Source: Mayamaea pseudoterrestris
Taxonomy: Eukaryota
Assembly: GCA_027923505.1 (NCBI GenBank)
Contig: BROI01000012.1
Span: 248,001 to 312,000 of the forward strand
Direction: 5' to 3'
DNA: 64,000 nt
Below are positions 35,138 to 45,261 of the stretch, piece after piece. The translations under genes and the position numbers were made by a program. How positions within the stretch are numbered: position 1 is the stretch's first letter; each line of letters opens with the position of its first letter. The notes beneath the pieces are model-generated. The model ran no database searches. It was not told where the DNA came from and worked only from the letters and a program-made list of their open reading frames with translations.

Positions 35138-36301
35138 TCAAGGCTTCGCCGGTCGAGGTGGTATCGAAGGACCACCCATGGCATTTATTTTGGCCTGATA
35201 ATCTTCCAGTGTCCGGAACGACGGCCCTAGCGTCCACTGCAAGTCGTCTCGAACAATGTTTCGAGACAAGAGCGGTGCGTCGCGAGTCTCGTCCTCCTCC
35301 TGATGCTCCGTTTCTCCAACAGCGCTGAATTCCGCCACTCGCTCCATTTTATACGGAACATTGTCGCGATTACCATAAATGAAGTTCATAGTATCTGGTT
35401 CAAATCCTCGATCATGAATCCAGAGAGCATTCGACCAAAGACTCAATTGATCCTTGATCAAGATTCGTTGACCCGGTATCATTTGCGAGTCAACCAGCGC
35501 TTGGCCATGCACCATGACTGCGTGAATGGCGTCTGGCGGTTCCGTTGAAGCGTAAGCGTGCAAAATCGGATCGCGTCGAAACGACCATTCCACTTCGCAG
35601 TCTGGCAGTCGTTTGAGTAAATGGCTACTGCTCTTGCTGGGCGAAAAGTTTGTATCGGCATCACGTGCAGCCGTCGCAGACTCCGACTGATTGTAGGCGC
35701 GAAAGATTGCCGGCCAACGCAAGGGTTCCTGACTGACAGCTCGCAACTGGCCTTCCACTTCTGTATCTAGGGTATATAGTATTGTATAAATGGTTTCGTC
35801 GTCATCATTGCCATTCACCAAACTTGCCGGAACAAGCTGATAGAATCGAAACCGAAATATTGCTTGCGGCGTTCCGTCAAAGTAAAAGGCGGCAAGGCGG
35901 GTATTGTTGGTTACAGGAATCATAGTGCAGTGAATATGTTCATGACCGCCTCCTTCCCGAGGGAGTTTGCCTTGCTTGCGGTCGTGCAAGACTTGATTGT
36001 AATTGTCAAAGTCGCCTTGGAATCGACTCAACAGTTCCGTCCAAAGAGGATTCAAATGGTGAAAGTCATCATTTGAGAGGTCCATGTAATGATTCAGATT
36101 ATCTGTTGCTGATGCTGACTTCGTTGTTGCGTCTGGTTCATGAAGGAAAAGTGGCGTCCGAACCCTGCATGTCGACAAAGAATTGATGTTCCGTCGGCGG
36201 GTTGGTCGTGTGCTGACTTGATGCAGTCGTGAGACGAAAGCTACAACTGCATAATTCGCAAACATCAGACAAACGATCAAGGGCTTAGTACGTCTCGCCA
36301 T
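35138..36301 (-). CDS. CpcT/CpeT-family (CRUMPLED LEAF-like) plastid protein
   Basis: Bipartite presequence (VVA-FVS); FQGDFDNYNQ...HEHIH...IFRFRFYQL...LWIHDRGF...IYG...PYKMER. Confidence 0.7.
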   Translation of the reverse strand: MARRTKPLIVCLMFANYAVVAFVSRLHQVSTRPTRRRNINSLSTCRVRTPLFLHEPDATTKSASATDNLNHYMDLSNDDFHHLNPLWTELLSRFQGDFDNYNQVLHDRKQGKLPREGGGHEHIHCTMIPVTNNTRLAAFYFDGTPQAIFRFRFYQLVPASLVNGNDDDETIYTILYTLDTEVEGQLRAVSQEPLRWPAIFRAYNQSESATAARDADTNFSPSKSSSHLLKRLPDCEVEWSFRRDPILHAYASTEPPDAIHAVMVHGQALVDSQMIPGQRILIKDQLSLWSNALWIHDRGFEPDTMNFIYGNRDNVPYKMERVAEFSAVGETEHQEEDETRDAPLLSRNIVRDDLQWTLGPSFRTLEDYQAKINAMGGPSIPPRPAKP

Positions 36302-36638
36302 TGGAAAGTAATGGCGGATCGAGGTGCAGGAAAGTTACCAAAAGTCCATGGCCGAAATGGGCGCAAAGTTGAAGTGCAATCCTTGTTAACGCTACGACAT
36401 CACTGGCATTGGACGGGACTCGAAGCTAGCAAACGCACATATCGCGGCTTGATCATCTTATGTCGAACAAGATAAACAATTGTAAAGGCGAGCGCTACAT
36501 TGGTATTGCGTTTAAGTTTCCAAACAGGTTTCAATTATTACCGATTGGACCAGCCATTCTTTAATCGATAATGCTTCGTCAATAAAAAATCAACAACTTT
36601 GGCGCTCCAAAGGTGCACTTTATGGCCAGGATACAGAC

Positions 36639-38171
36639 TTAAAGTAAAATTTCCTTCGGTTTTTCAGTCGTATAGACTGATCGGACGGATTGTGATGAAG
36701 AGCTCGAGGCGACAAATGAAATAACGTCATCGTCGGCAGCATGTTTGGGGATGGAAATCTCGCGGCACATCATGTCCAATTCTTCAAAGTCGCGAGATGT
36801 AACGTTGCTCTTGCGGCTTCGGCCAAAGAAGCGCCGGGATGGCTTGTCGTCTTCGCTGTCTGTCGGTAGCTCGGCACCCTCTTTAGTAATCGGCTCCAAG
36901 TCTCCCAGTGGTTCTAATGACCGACGAGAATTGGATGACTTGGTCGACGGCGAGTCGGCCACTGGAGTTTCATCCTTTGGCATAGCGGCAGCTTCCTCCA
37001 ATTGAAGAGACTGCACATTGGCGCCCCTCGGTACGCGAACAGTGTGAACAAGTCCAAGATTGGGCTGACAAACGTCACACAATACACTCTTGCACTTGTG
37101 CACGTCCATCTTGCTGTGCCGAAACAACAAGTCATGCCAGTCGGGCTTGAGGTAGCTGTTGTCGTCGGTTTTGTTCGACCACTGAGTGTGAACCGACTTG
37201 TCGTCATTATTGCGATTCTTCAGGCGCTGATTTCGAGAATGAACGTACAAGGTCGACATGCCGAACAGAGCAACCAAGGCTAGGCATGCAACCACAGACT
37301 TGCCTGCTACATTCATCCCCGTTGACTTGGCCGAATATTGACTAGTTGTGGCACCGGCACCAGTAGCGCCAGTATTATCACCATTTTCGGACTCCAGCAG
37401 CTCAATCAAGGTCACTGTCACGCCACTCTCGGATGTTTCTTCGTTTACAGACACCAAAAAATCTTTAGATCCAATGCCTTGAACAATGGCATCCATGCTC
37501 TCAGATAAAATGTCATCCTCGTTACACTCTCCAGTATGAAGGATTGAAAAAGAATCTTCAAAAACATCGCAGCTCACAGAGTCTGCCAGCGATGGAGTGC
37601 AGGTAGAAACACGCTTGCCTGGTGCACCCGACGAGACTGAAATGATGCAATCCGAGTCGACAGCTAATTGGCGACGATTAGATGGAGTTGATTCGTCCAA
37701 GGCCGACTTGTCAGCACTTCCGCTATGGCTAGCACTCGTGTCGTCGTGAACGATGTCGTCGTCATCTTCCTCATTGGCCACTTTTGCTGCTTGTACATTG
37801 CACACGTCATTTGCAACCGACGTAATGGCTTCCTCCACCACCAACGAAGGAACTATTTCATTCAAATAGTCCAAAGGAAGGTTTGCGTCGGACGTGTCTG
37901 TTTCGATACTGTACTGAAGCGTCACATCCAGTCGCTTCGACGCGGCGTCCGAAACTGTTTGGCAAACGACAGTCGTTGTGGTTCGCTCACTCCCGCTGCT
38001 TGCAACCGGAGCTGTTGTAGACTCTGTTTGGTCATCGCCGTCGTCGTCTGGGTAGCTAATGACAATATTCTGCAACTTTCTGTCAAAAGCAAGCAAAAAG
38101 GGTCGGATGTGAGACGCGGTGGCGGGAAGAACTTTGGTGGTGAACAACATGGCGTGAACGGATAGATTCAA
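36639..38171 (-). CDS. Single-pass membrane protein with RXL motifs, Cys-containing luminal domain and cytosolic DVHxCxSxxCxxC motif (5' end uncertain)
   Basis: RKLQ and RRQL; TM VVACLALVALFGMSTLYV; DVHKCKSVLCDVC after the TM. Confidence 0.65.
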   Translation of the reverse strand: MNLSVHAMLFTTKVLPATASHIRPFLLAFDRKLQNIVISYPDDDGDDQTESTTAPVASSGSERTTTTVVCQTVSDAASKRLDVTLQYSIETDTSDANLPLDYLNEIVPSLVVEEAITSVANDVCNVQAAKVANEEDDDDIVHDDTSASHSGSADKSALDESTPSNRRQLAVDSDCIISVSSGAPGKRVSTCTPSLADSVSCDVFEDSFSILHTGECNEDDILSESMDAIVQGIGSKDFLVSVNEETSESGVTVTLIELLESENGDNTGATGAGATTSQYSAKSTGMNVAGKSVVACLALVALFGMSTLYVHSRNQRLKNRNNDDKSVHTQWSNKTDDNSYLKPDWHDLLFRHSKMDVHKCKSVLCDVCQPNLGLVHTVRVPRGANVQSLQLEEAAAMPKDETPVADSPSTKSSNSRRSLEPLGDLEPITKEGAELPTDSEDDKPSRRFFGRSRKSNVTSRDFEELDMMCREISIPKHAADDDVISFVASSSSSQSVRSVYTTEKPKEILL

Positions 38172-39073
38172 ACTCTCGAACTTTCGTCAACGGAAACCCA
38201 AAAATTCCAAGGTTCGGCAAAAGCAACGCCAGTCCAGCCTCATCCCTAAATACTTGACTGACGCGCGTACCGACAATGATGGTGCTTTCGAAAGGAGCAA
38301 CCATGGCAATCCAAACCCATCATGCAGAGCTGCCTCTTTTATATAACTTACCGTTGCTGATTTGATCGTAGAAAGGATGATATTGATTGCTGCATTTGTG
38401 GATTGTTCGGTTTGGCCAAAACTGACGAACCTGGCAGCAGGCTCCACGCCGTGACAAGTAATGTGCATCGAAACGTTCGAGTGAAAGGAACCATCTTATG
38501 ATACGGTCAAGCAGTAATCTGCAAACGCTTTCACTTGATGTAGATTGAATAGCAGTGCAGGATCCGTCTGTGCAGGTCTTGTCCCGTAGATAGGGAAAGC
38601 CGATTAAAGGGAAGAAGGTGAATGTGTTGGTCAATTTGCACACTCGGCTGGCGGTCACGAAAGTGAGCGTCGATTCTCGCGTTTCTACACGATCCAGGAT
38701 TGGTTTGTGTGCTTGCGTCAATTGGCGCGCCAAAATCAGTACTTTCTATGGGATAGTAAAAGAGTATCTTGACACGTCATCCCATTTGTGTTCTCCACAT
38801 TGATTACAGCTATTTAAATCGCAACGGTTAAATTGCCCTGCCGCTGTCAGCGAGGCGAGCCTCACGAGACGGTTGGCACGAATCGCCAAATTGGCACGAC
38901 GAAGCGAAAGACACTCGAGGCACATGTTTGGGACACTCATCAGCTTCATCTATGCTGAATGTTTGATCATTCACCTCATTACACCTTTACTCATCTTTAG
39001 AAGCTAGACGGCATTGCATACTGCCGTAATCACAGCAACAATATTGAGCATTATTTCCTCGACAATTTACAAA

Positions 39074-41470
39074 ATGAAATCATTCGCACTCATCTGTTTG
39101 CTGGCCGCGCCGACTGCCGCCAACCTCCAAGTTAGCGACCATGAGCCAAACAGCAAGCCTGCAGCGTATAATCTCTTGCGTATGCTTGATGTGACTCAAC
39201 CCTCTGGCTCGCAGAGCTTTCCATCGATATCTACCACAACAAGTACTTCCAGCATCACAAATGGCGAACAAGCGAAAACGACGAGCGACCGCGGATTTGT
39301 CGTCTTTGATCGCAACTTTTTCAACCCTACGCCATCTAGTGCTATTCCTATCGCGACTCCTGCTCCAACGATTGCCCCTAGTCATGGAATGAAAGCTTTT
39401 GGAGGAACGACGTCAAGTGCAAACACACCAAGTCCAAGCAACGTTGGACTCGCGGACTCTTCGTTCGTACCAACCAACCGACCAGACGTGCCATCTTCGT
39501 CCTCGTCATTTGTTCCGACGAAACGGCAAGACTTCCCCTCTTCATCATTCGTACCTACCAAGCGACAAGACTCTCCTTCGTCAATATCGTTGGAGTCAAT
39601 TTCATCTTTCGTTCCAACCAAACGAGAAGACTATACTTCGTCTTCATTTGTACCGACTAAACGGCAAGACTTCCCATCGACGGCATCTTCATTCGTGCCA
39701 GCGAAACGACAAGATTTTCCTTCATCGACATCATTAGCATCACTTTCGTCATCTGTTCCAACGAAACGACAAGACGAGTCATCCACATCATCGTCGTCGT
39801 TCGTTCCAACCAAGCGCACAAAGCGCTCAGCAAATACGCCAGCTCCGTCGACAGCGACTGGTTTTGGAGCATTAGGAGAGTTTGAAGGCGATGCACCAAG
39901 TGTAATTCCAATCAGTGTATCGCTGCTGTCGAGTGATGTTCCGAGCAACATGCCTTCAATCTCGCTTGACGACGTCGATTCGAGCGATGCGCCGTCTGAT
40001 ATGCCCAGCACCATTACATTCGAACTGAGTGGTGGCCTATCCAGTGAGAGTGCTAGTGGCGTCCCAACGATACTGTCGTCAGCGCCATCAGACATGCCGT
40101 CATATGGCATTCGCAAAGCTGGACTCGCAACTTCAGACGTTCCAAGTGATCAACCAAGTTTGTCACCGAATATGCTGGCTGCATCGGACATGCCCTCCTT
40201 TGGTTTTGGCGAAAAGGGACTGGAAGTTGTCTCCGGTGCTCCGAGTATTATGCTGGCATTTACTAGCTCGGATGTACCATCAGACTCGCCAAGTCAAGCC
40301 CCGACCTTGAAAGTAGCAACGGAACAATCTGACATGCCTCCAATTGGATATGGCGAAAATGGTGTAGAGGCTTTGGATGCCCATTCAGACGCCCCATCAA
40401 TTATTGCTTTGTCGGACGTACCAAGCAATGTTCCGTCGGATATGCCTAGCCTCGCGCCGTTTGTTGTGAGCGATGCTACGTTTGCCCTCCAAGACGACTT
40501 TGAAAGAGACAACTTTTACTCTTGCAGTGGCTATGTTGATAGTTTGAATTCCTCTAGTGTCGCCGAATTGACTGTTGACTACGAGTATCGGCTAGTGCTG
40601 GATGAGAGTCAAACCAACCAGGATTCGGATATAGACGCTTTGGTCGAGTCAATCGAGCGAATGGTTCTGGAAGCTGCTATGAGCAGTACGTGCGACAGTG
40701 AGCTATCGGATCGGCGTTTATTGCAAGAGTCGTCTTACATGGCTGCGAGTGCTGCTCCTGAGGATGTTCCGTACCGTAGCTGCGGAACATACTGCTACCA
40801 TATGAAGGGTGCAATGGTTTATCGCATGAGCGACAATGATACTAAGGGAATTGCATCAGTCTACTGCAGTGCCTTGGAAGCCATTGCATTACTATTCAAA
40901 AGTGAAACGCTTTCTACACTTCCTCATGTCAAAAGTGCCGTCTTCACTACTGACGGTGAAAGTACCATGTGCAACCTCAATGCGACTCCTGGTGGTGTTG
41001 CAAGCAGCGAACCCATGAGCGCATCGACCGAAACAGTAAGCACTTCAGGCTTTGGTTCTCCTCAATCCTTTTTTATTATTGGGGCTTTTGGAATTGCAAC
41101 CGCATTTTTAATAATTGGTGGCGTAGTTCTCAACAAGACGCGGCTGGCGCAAGCCGAGGAGGATGACGAGCATGACAAAGCCATGGCTATCCATACACTA
41201 TCGACGGATGAGGAGAGTGGCAATGCCAATGATACAACCGCTGAGTACGGAAGTATATATCGACGAGATTCTGCGTCTGCAAGTTACGACAGCAAGGGCT
41301 TGCTTCGAAGCTGGGAGCGTACTGGAGAGAAAGAAAGTGCACCCCGTGTGCTTGGCAACAGTTCGAGTTGGGAAGCTGCGGCGACGCTTGGCTTCACTGA
41401 CATTGACTTGGACGAAGACTCTGGTTATGACGATGACTATTTTCTACAAGAGGAAAGTTTGAATAAGTAA
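39074..41470 (+). CDS. Type I membrane protein with SSFVPTKRQD and SDxPS repeats and RXL motifs
   Basis: Signal peptide MKSFALICLLAAPTAA; RMLD and RRLLQ; repeat blocks; Cys domain; TM FFIIGAFGIATAFLIIGGVVL. Confidence 0.8.
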   Translation: MKSFALICLLAAPTAANLQVSDHEPNSKPAAYNLLRMLDVTQPSGSQSFPSISTTTSTSSITNGEQAKTTSDRGFVVFDRNFFNPTPSSAIPIATPAPTIAPSHGMKAFGGTTSSANTPSPSNVGLADSSFVPTNRPDVPSSSSSFVPTKRQDFPSSSFVPTKRQDSPSSISLESISSFVPTKREDYTSSSFVPTKRQDFPSTASSFVPAKRQDFPSSTSLASLSSSVPTKRQDESSTSSSSFVPTKRTKRSANTPAPSTATGFGALGEFEGDAPSVIPISVSLLSSDVPSNMPSISLDDVDSSDAPSDMPSTITFELSGGLSSESASGVPTILSSAPSDMPSYGIRKAGLATSDVPSDQPSLSPNMLAASDMPSFGFGEKGLEVVSGAPSIMLAFTSSDVPSDSPSQAPTLKVATEQSDMPPIGYGENGVEALDAHSDAPSIIALSDVPSNVPSDMPSLAPFVVSDATFALQDDFERDNFYSCSGYVDSLNSSSVAELTVDYEYRLVLDESQTNQDSDIDALVESIERMVLEAAMSSTCDSELSDRRLLQESSYMAASAAPEDVPYRSCGTYCYHMKGAMVYRMSDNDTKGIASVYCSALEAIALLFKSETLSTLPHVKSAVFTTDGESTMCNLNATPGGVASSEPMSASTETVSTSGFGSPQSFFIIGAFGIATAFLIIGGVVLNKTRLAQAEEDDEHDKAMAIHTLSTDEESGNANDTTAEYGSIYRRDSASASYDSKGLLRSWERTGEKESAPRVLGNSSSWEAAATLGFTDIDLDEDSGYDDDYFLQEESLNK

Positions 41471-41569
41471 ATCGTCCATCGACTTACTGTTAGTCAATGC
41501 ATATAGAAATCATAACTACGTGTTTCAAACTTTATTTACGTGAATAATAAACCCCATTGATCGCGCCAA

Positions 41570-44111
41570 TTACGTTCGCCTTTGCCGCTCGTGGCCACCA
41601 AAAATGTTCTTGGTCGCTTTTTCGTTGTCCCGCTCTTCGTCAGTATTAGTCTTTGGCGGCGTTCCAAAAAATCCCCATGGGTTGCCAGCGCTTTGTGCAG
41701 CAAGTGAGGAAACATGATCACTTGTCGTACTAGACGTTGCTGCGGGTTCTGGCACTTCGTTTGCCGCAATAGATGGAGCAAAGATGGGTGGCAATGTCGC
41801 TGGAACAAAAGGTGCGTCCGTTGGATCATTGTCTACTTGCGATACACTTGGCCTTAAAACAGGGCTTGGAGCACCTTGGTCTTCGCTGCCACCGACAAGA
41901 GTGGACGGCTTTGCGGCAATCGGCCGCTGGTTGCTGCTGCTTCCGTCGTCGGTAGAAGGCGCTGGTGTACGTCGCGAGTTACTGGGAACATTGACGCTGC
42001 CGCTTGAATGTCCACTGCCGCTGCTCACAAGTGGTGTTGCTGGCTCCACACAATACGGAAGTCCTGATTCTGGATCATGCGTATCAAGTCCTTTGCTTGG
42101 AGCAGCGCCATTGGAGCCGGTTGCGCCCTTGCTAATTCCGCTTGAACCCGACCATTGCGATAGCGTACCCTTACTCCTCTTGATGCCCTGGCCATGGTCG
42201 ACGGATTTTTTGCTGCTGCCCTTACCTGGCTCTTCTATTTTGGAGTGTTTCTTGGCCGTTGACTTTGCGTCGTAAGCCTTCTTCTTGGTATAGCGTATCT
42301 TTGAACCACTCGCAGATGCCGAGTTTGTCATGAGCCTGCGTCGTGCGCCACTTCCCGACTGAGGAGGCGTCGCCGGATCTTTGACGGTCTCATCGTCATT
42401 CACAAAATTATTGTCATCATTAGTAAGGTCATCCGTTCCAGCATCGCCAGAGCTACTTGCTGCAGGCCAATGTCCGATACTGCCACCGCCAAAGTGGTTC
42501 ATGCCAGTGCCAGTCGAGCCTGATACTATACCAGGCTCTGGCGGTGCTACCCCATTCGATCCACTGTTTCCCTTGCCTCCATTACCAGTCTTGTCGCTGC
42601 TTGCCTTTGACACTCTCGCTGTCGGCCGCTGCAGTTTGAAGCCATGTCCACCGGAACCAGTTGGTGTGCCGCGCTCCTTCTTTTTCGGAAGCGGCCGTGG
42701 AACACACTTGATAGTTGGCGCGGATGCCTTTGACGACGAAACAGTTGGCGCGCGCACCAGTGGCACCGGTGCGTGGTCGACTGATCCAGATGACACTGAT
42801 GAGTGAGGAATGCTCTCAATTGATCCAGTTGGAACCGACGCCGATCCAGAAGACACTGGTGAGTGAGGTACACTCGCAATGGATCCAGACGGAATCGACG
42901 CCGATCCAGACGTCACTGGTCGAGACGCAGCAGCTGGTCTCCGCGTCGGTTCCGGTGTCGACGGCCGACGCGTCGGCTCCCGAGTCGTTGGTCGACGAGC
43001 AGGCTCGCGAGTGATGGGGCGCCGCGTAGGCTCACGCGTTGACGGCGGACGAGACGGGGCCCGCGTCGATACTGATTCAGTGGGAGACTCTGTCGTTGGA
43101 AATATCACGGGCGCCCTTGTCGGTGCCTTGGTGGTTGGAGTTTCTTTTGTCACTGTTGGACGTAGCGAGGGACGACTCGTGGGAGACTCCGTCGGCGCTG
43201 GTCCAGCCGCTGGACAGAGTCCAAAGGGTGGAACGCCAAGGTCGTTCTGTCGAGTGAGGAAGGAGCATCAATGGTTAGTGATGGATAAAAAATTTGGTTC
43301 ACCGCTTTAAATAAATATTGAATGTACTCTCGCATCATCTCCACTTACAAAGACTGTCCATCCAATCTGCTGTCCTTCCAATACAACGGGAAAGACTCCA
43401 CAATCATTCTCATAAATAATCAACCAAAAATTGACCAAGTCTTGCTCCTCGGCGTTTCTCCCAGCCAACGTGATTTGCAGTCCCTTGGGAATCATGTCAA
43501 CATTTTCTTCGTCTGGATCAATCTGCGCAATCACCGACGTGTACTTGAACGTGTCGCCGCTGCGAAAGTCTCCACTCAGCGGCGTTTGCGCAATGACGCG
43601 CAAGTCTTGGTTGAGCTCCAGTATTTGAATCGTCGTGACGCGCACGGGTGAAAAGTCTGTCACGTTCACCTGCTGCTCCGTGTTGACCTGTGTGAGTAAA
43701 TAGTGCATGTGCGTGTGTGAGAGGGTGAGAAATGGCGATGAGAGTGAATGAGATATTCATCATGGCGCTGCTCGCTGCTCGAGTCAATCAAAACTGCATA
43801 CTTGCTGCTGCTGCAGCAGCATTCGACTTGCTGATGCTCCCATAAGCTTGCTCAATGACTACTACTACTTTACTCACAATGCACGCCGTATCGTTAATGC
43901 CAGCCGCTCCCGACACCACCGTCTTGTCGCTGCAGTCAATGCCAAAGTCGAGCTTGAACTCGTAGGTGGCTGGCTGACAGGCGCAAACGTCGACGCCAAC
44001 GACTGGATTGTTGTTGTTACCTCCTTGCGCATTAACAGCCAGACTTGCCGATAAAAGTAGCAGTATAGTTGTTACAACGTTTGACGCTGTTGCGAGCGAG
44101 ACTGCAGTCAT
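41570..44111 (-). CDS. Secreted cell-surface/wall-type protein, 3 exons (44111-43878, 43687-43349, 43246-41570)
   Basis: Signal peptide; two in-frame GT-AG introns; Cys domain CACQPATYEF...; PTRRP repeats; RRRL followed by a K/S/G-rich region. Confidence 0.75.
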
Positions 44112-44216
44112 CTTTATTATTGAATTAGTAAGCAGTCAAGCTATGAGCTCTAGGACAAGATGTTGCTATATTTCTCAATGAGTCTCGCGGCCAAGTTTTT
44201 TCCTTGTATTACTGCA

Positions 44217-44427
44217 TGTTGGATCTAGAATATATCTTGCGCGCCCTTGAAGCGACACTAATGATTAAGCAGAACAGAGTCAATAAAACCACTTTACTTA
44301 TTTTCTCCAAGAAGTGATCGTCCTCGATCCACTCCTTCGGTTGCCGCTTACCGCGCTTACTTAAATGTGACCGTCTTCGTGACGTCACCGCTGCCGCTTC
44401 GGTTTGGGTTCTCATCCATGCTCAACA
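44217..44427 (-). repeat. 3' LTR
   Basis: Identical by eye to 49231-49441; preceded on the minus strand by purine-rich AAAGGAGTG (44436-44428, PPT-like). Confidence 0.95.
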
Positions 44428-45253
44428 CACTCCTTTGGGCCGAGTAGTACTTACTGCTCGAGGCCAGATTCATAACCAGGTTGCGGAGCTTGCCAAACTG
44501 GGCTCCCTGCAATGGTTTCGTGAAGAAATCCGCGACCATGTCTCCGGTCGGACAATGCTCAATGTTGACTTCACCAGCTGCCACGCGATCTTTCACAAAG
44601 AAGTACCGAACATTCATGTGTCGCGTGCGCTTTGTACTTGAGCTTCTGCCATTCTTTTCCAACAGCATTGAACTCATATTGTCTTGATACAATTTCGTGT
44701 CTTTGACCCCGAAACCTTGCGCCTTCAGAAAATATCCTGTCCACAGCAACTGCGGTAGCACATCATGAACTCCCACAACTTCGCTCTCCGTCGAGCTTCT
44801 TGTTACCAACTTCTGTTTAGCCGACGTACTGTACACTGATCCTTGGCCAAGTGTCATTGTTCCACCAGTGTGACCCTTCATGTCTGGGTGCACCGCGTAC
44901 GACGCATCCACCCACCACTGGACTATCCCGGACTGGTCCGCCTTCAGCGTCAACACCATGTCCACGCTTCCGCGTAAATATTTAATCACTCTTGCAGCCT
45001 TCTTATAGTCGTCTTCGTCAGGCTGCTGCAGCCTCGTGCTCAAGAAAGAAATCGCTGTGCGAATATCCGGTCGCGCTCGCTGACTCAGATACAGACACTG
45101 CATCACAATCGTCACAAAAATCTGCTTCTTCGCTTCGCTCAACATGACAGGATTTTCCGATATCTGAAACAAGTGACTGGCTGCCGGAGTAGCTGCCGTT
45201 CCATCCATGTCGTCTGGCGCATGATGCAGGATGTTCTTCACATAGTCAACCAT
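44357..45253 (-). CDS. Copia pol C-terminal part (end of RT plus RNase H), separated by a frameshift
   Basis: RPDIRTAISFL, WVDASYA, TRSSTESE, YQDNMS, RTRHMNVRYFFVKD and MVADFFTKPL motifs; ORF runs into the 3' LTR. Confidence 0.9.
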   Translation of the reverse strand: MVDYVKNILHHAPDDMDGTAATPAASHLFQISENPVMLSEAKKQIFVTIVMQCLYLSQRARPDIRTAISFLSTRLQQPDEDDYKKAARVIKYLRGSVDMVLTLKADQSGIVQWWVDASYAVHPDMKGHTGGTMTLGQGSVYSTSAKQKLVTRSSTESEVVGVHDVLPQLLWTGYFLKAQGFGVKDTKLYQDNMSSMLLEKNGRSSSTKRTRHMNVRYFFVKDRVAAGEVNIEHCPTGDMVADFFTKPLQGAQFGKLRNLVMNLASSSKYYSAQRSVLSMDENPNRSGSGDVTKTVTFK

Positions 45254-45261
45254 GTTGATTG

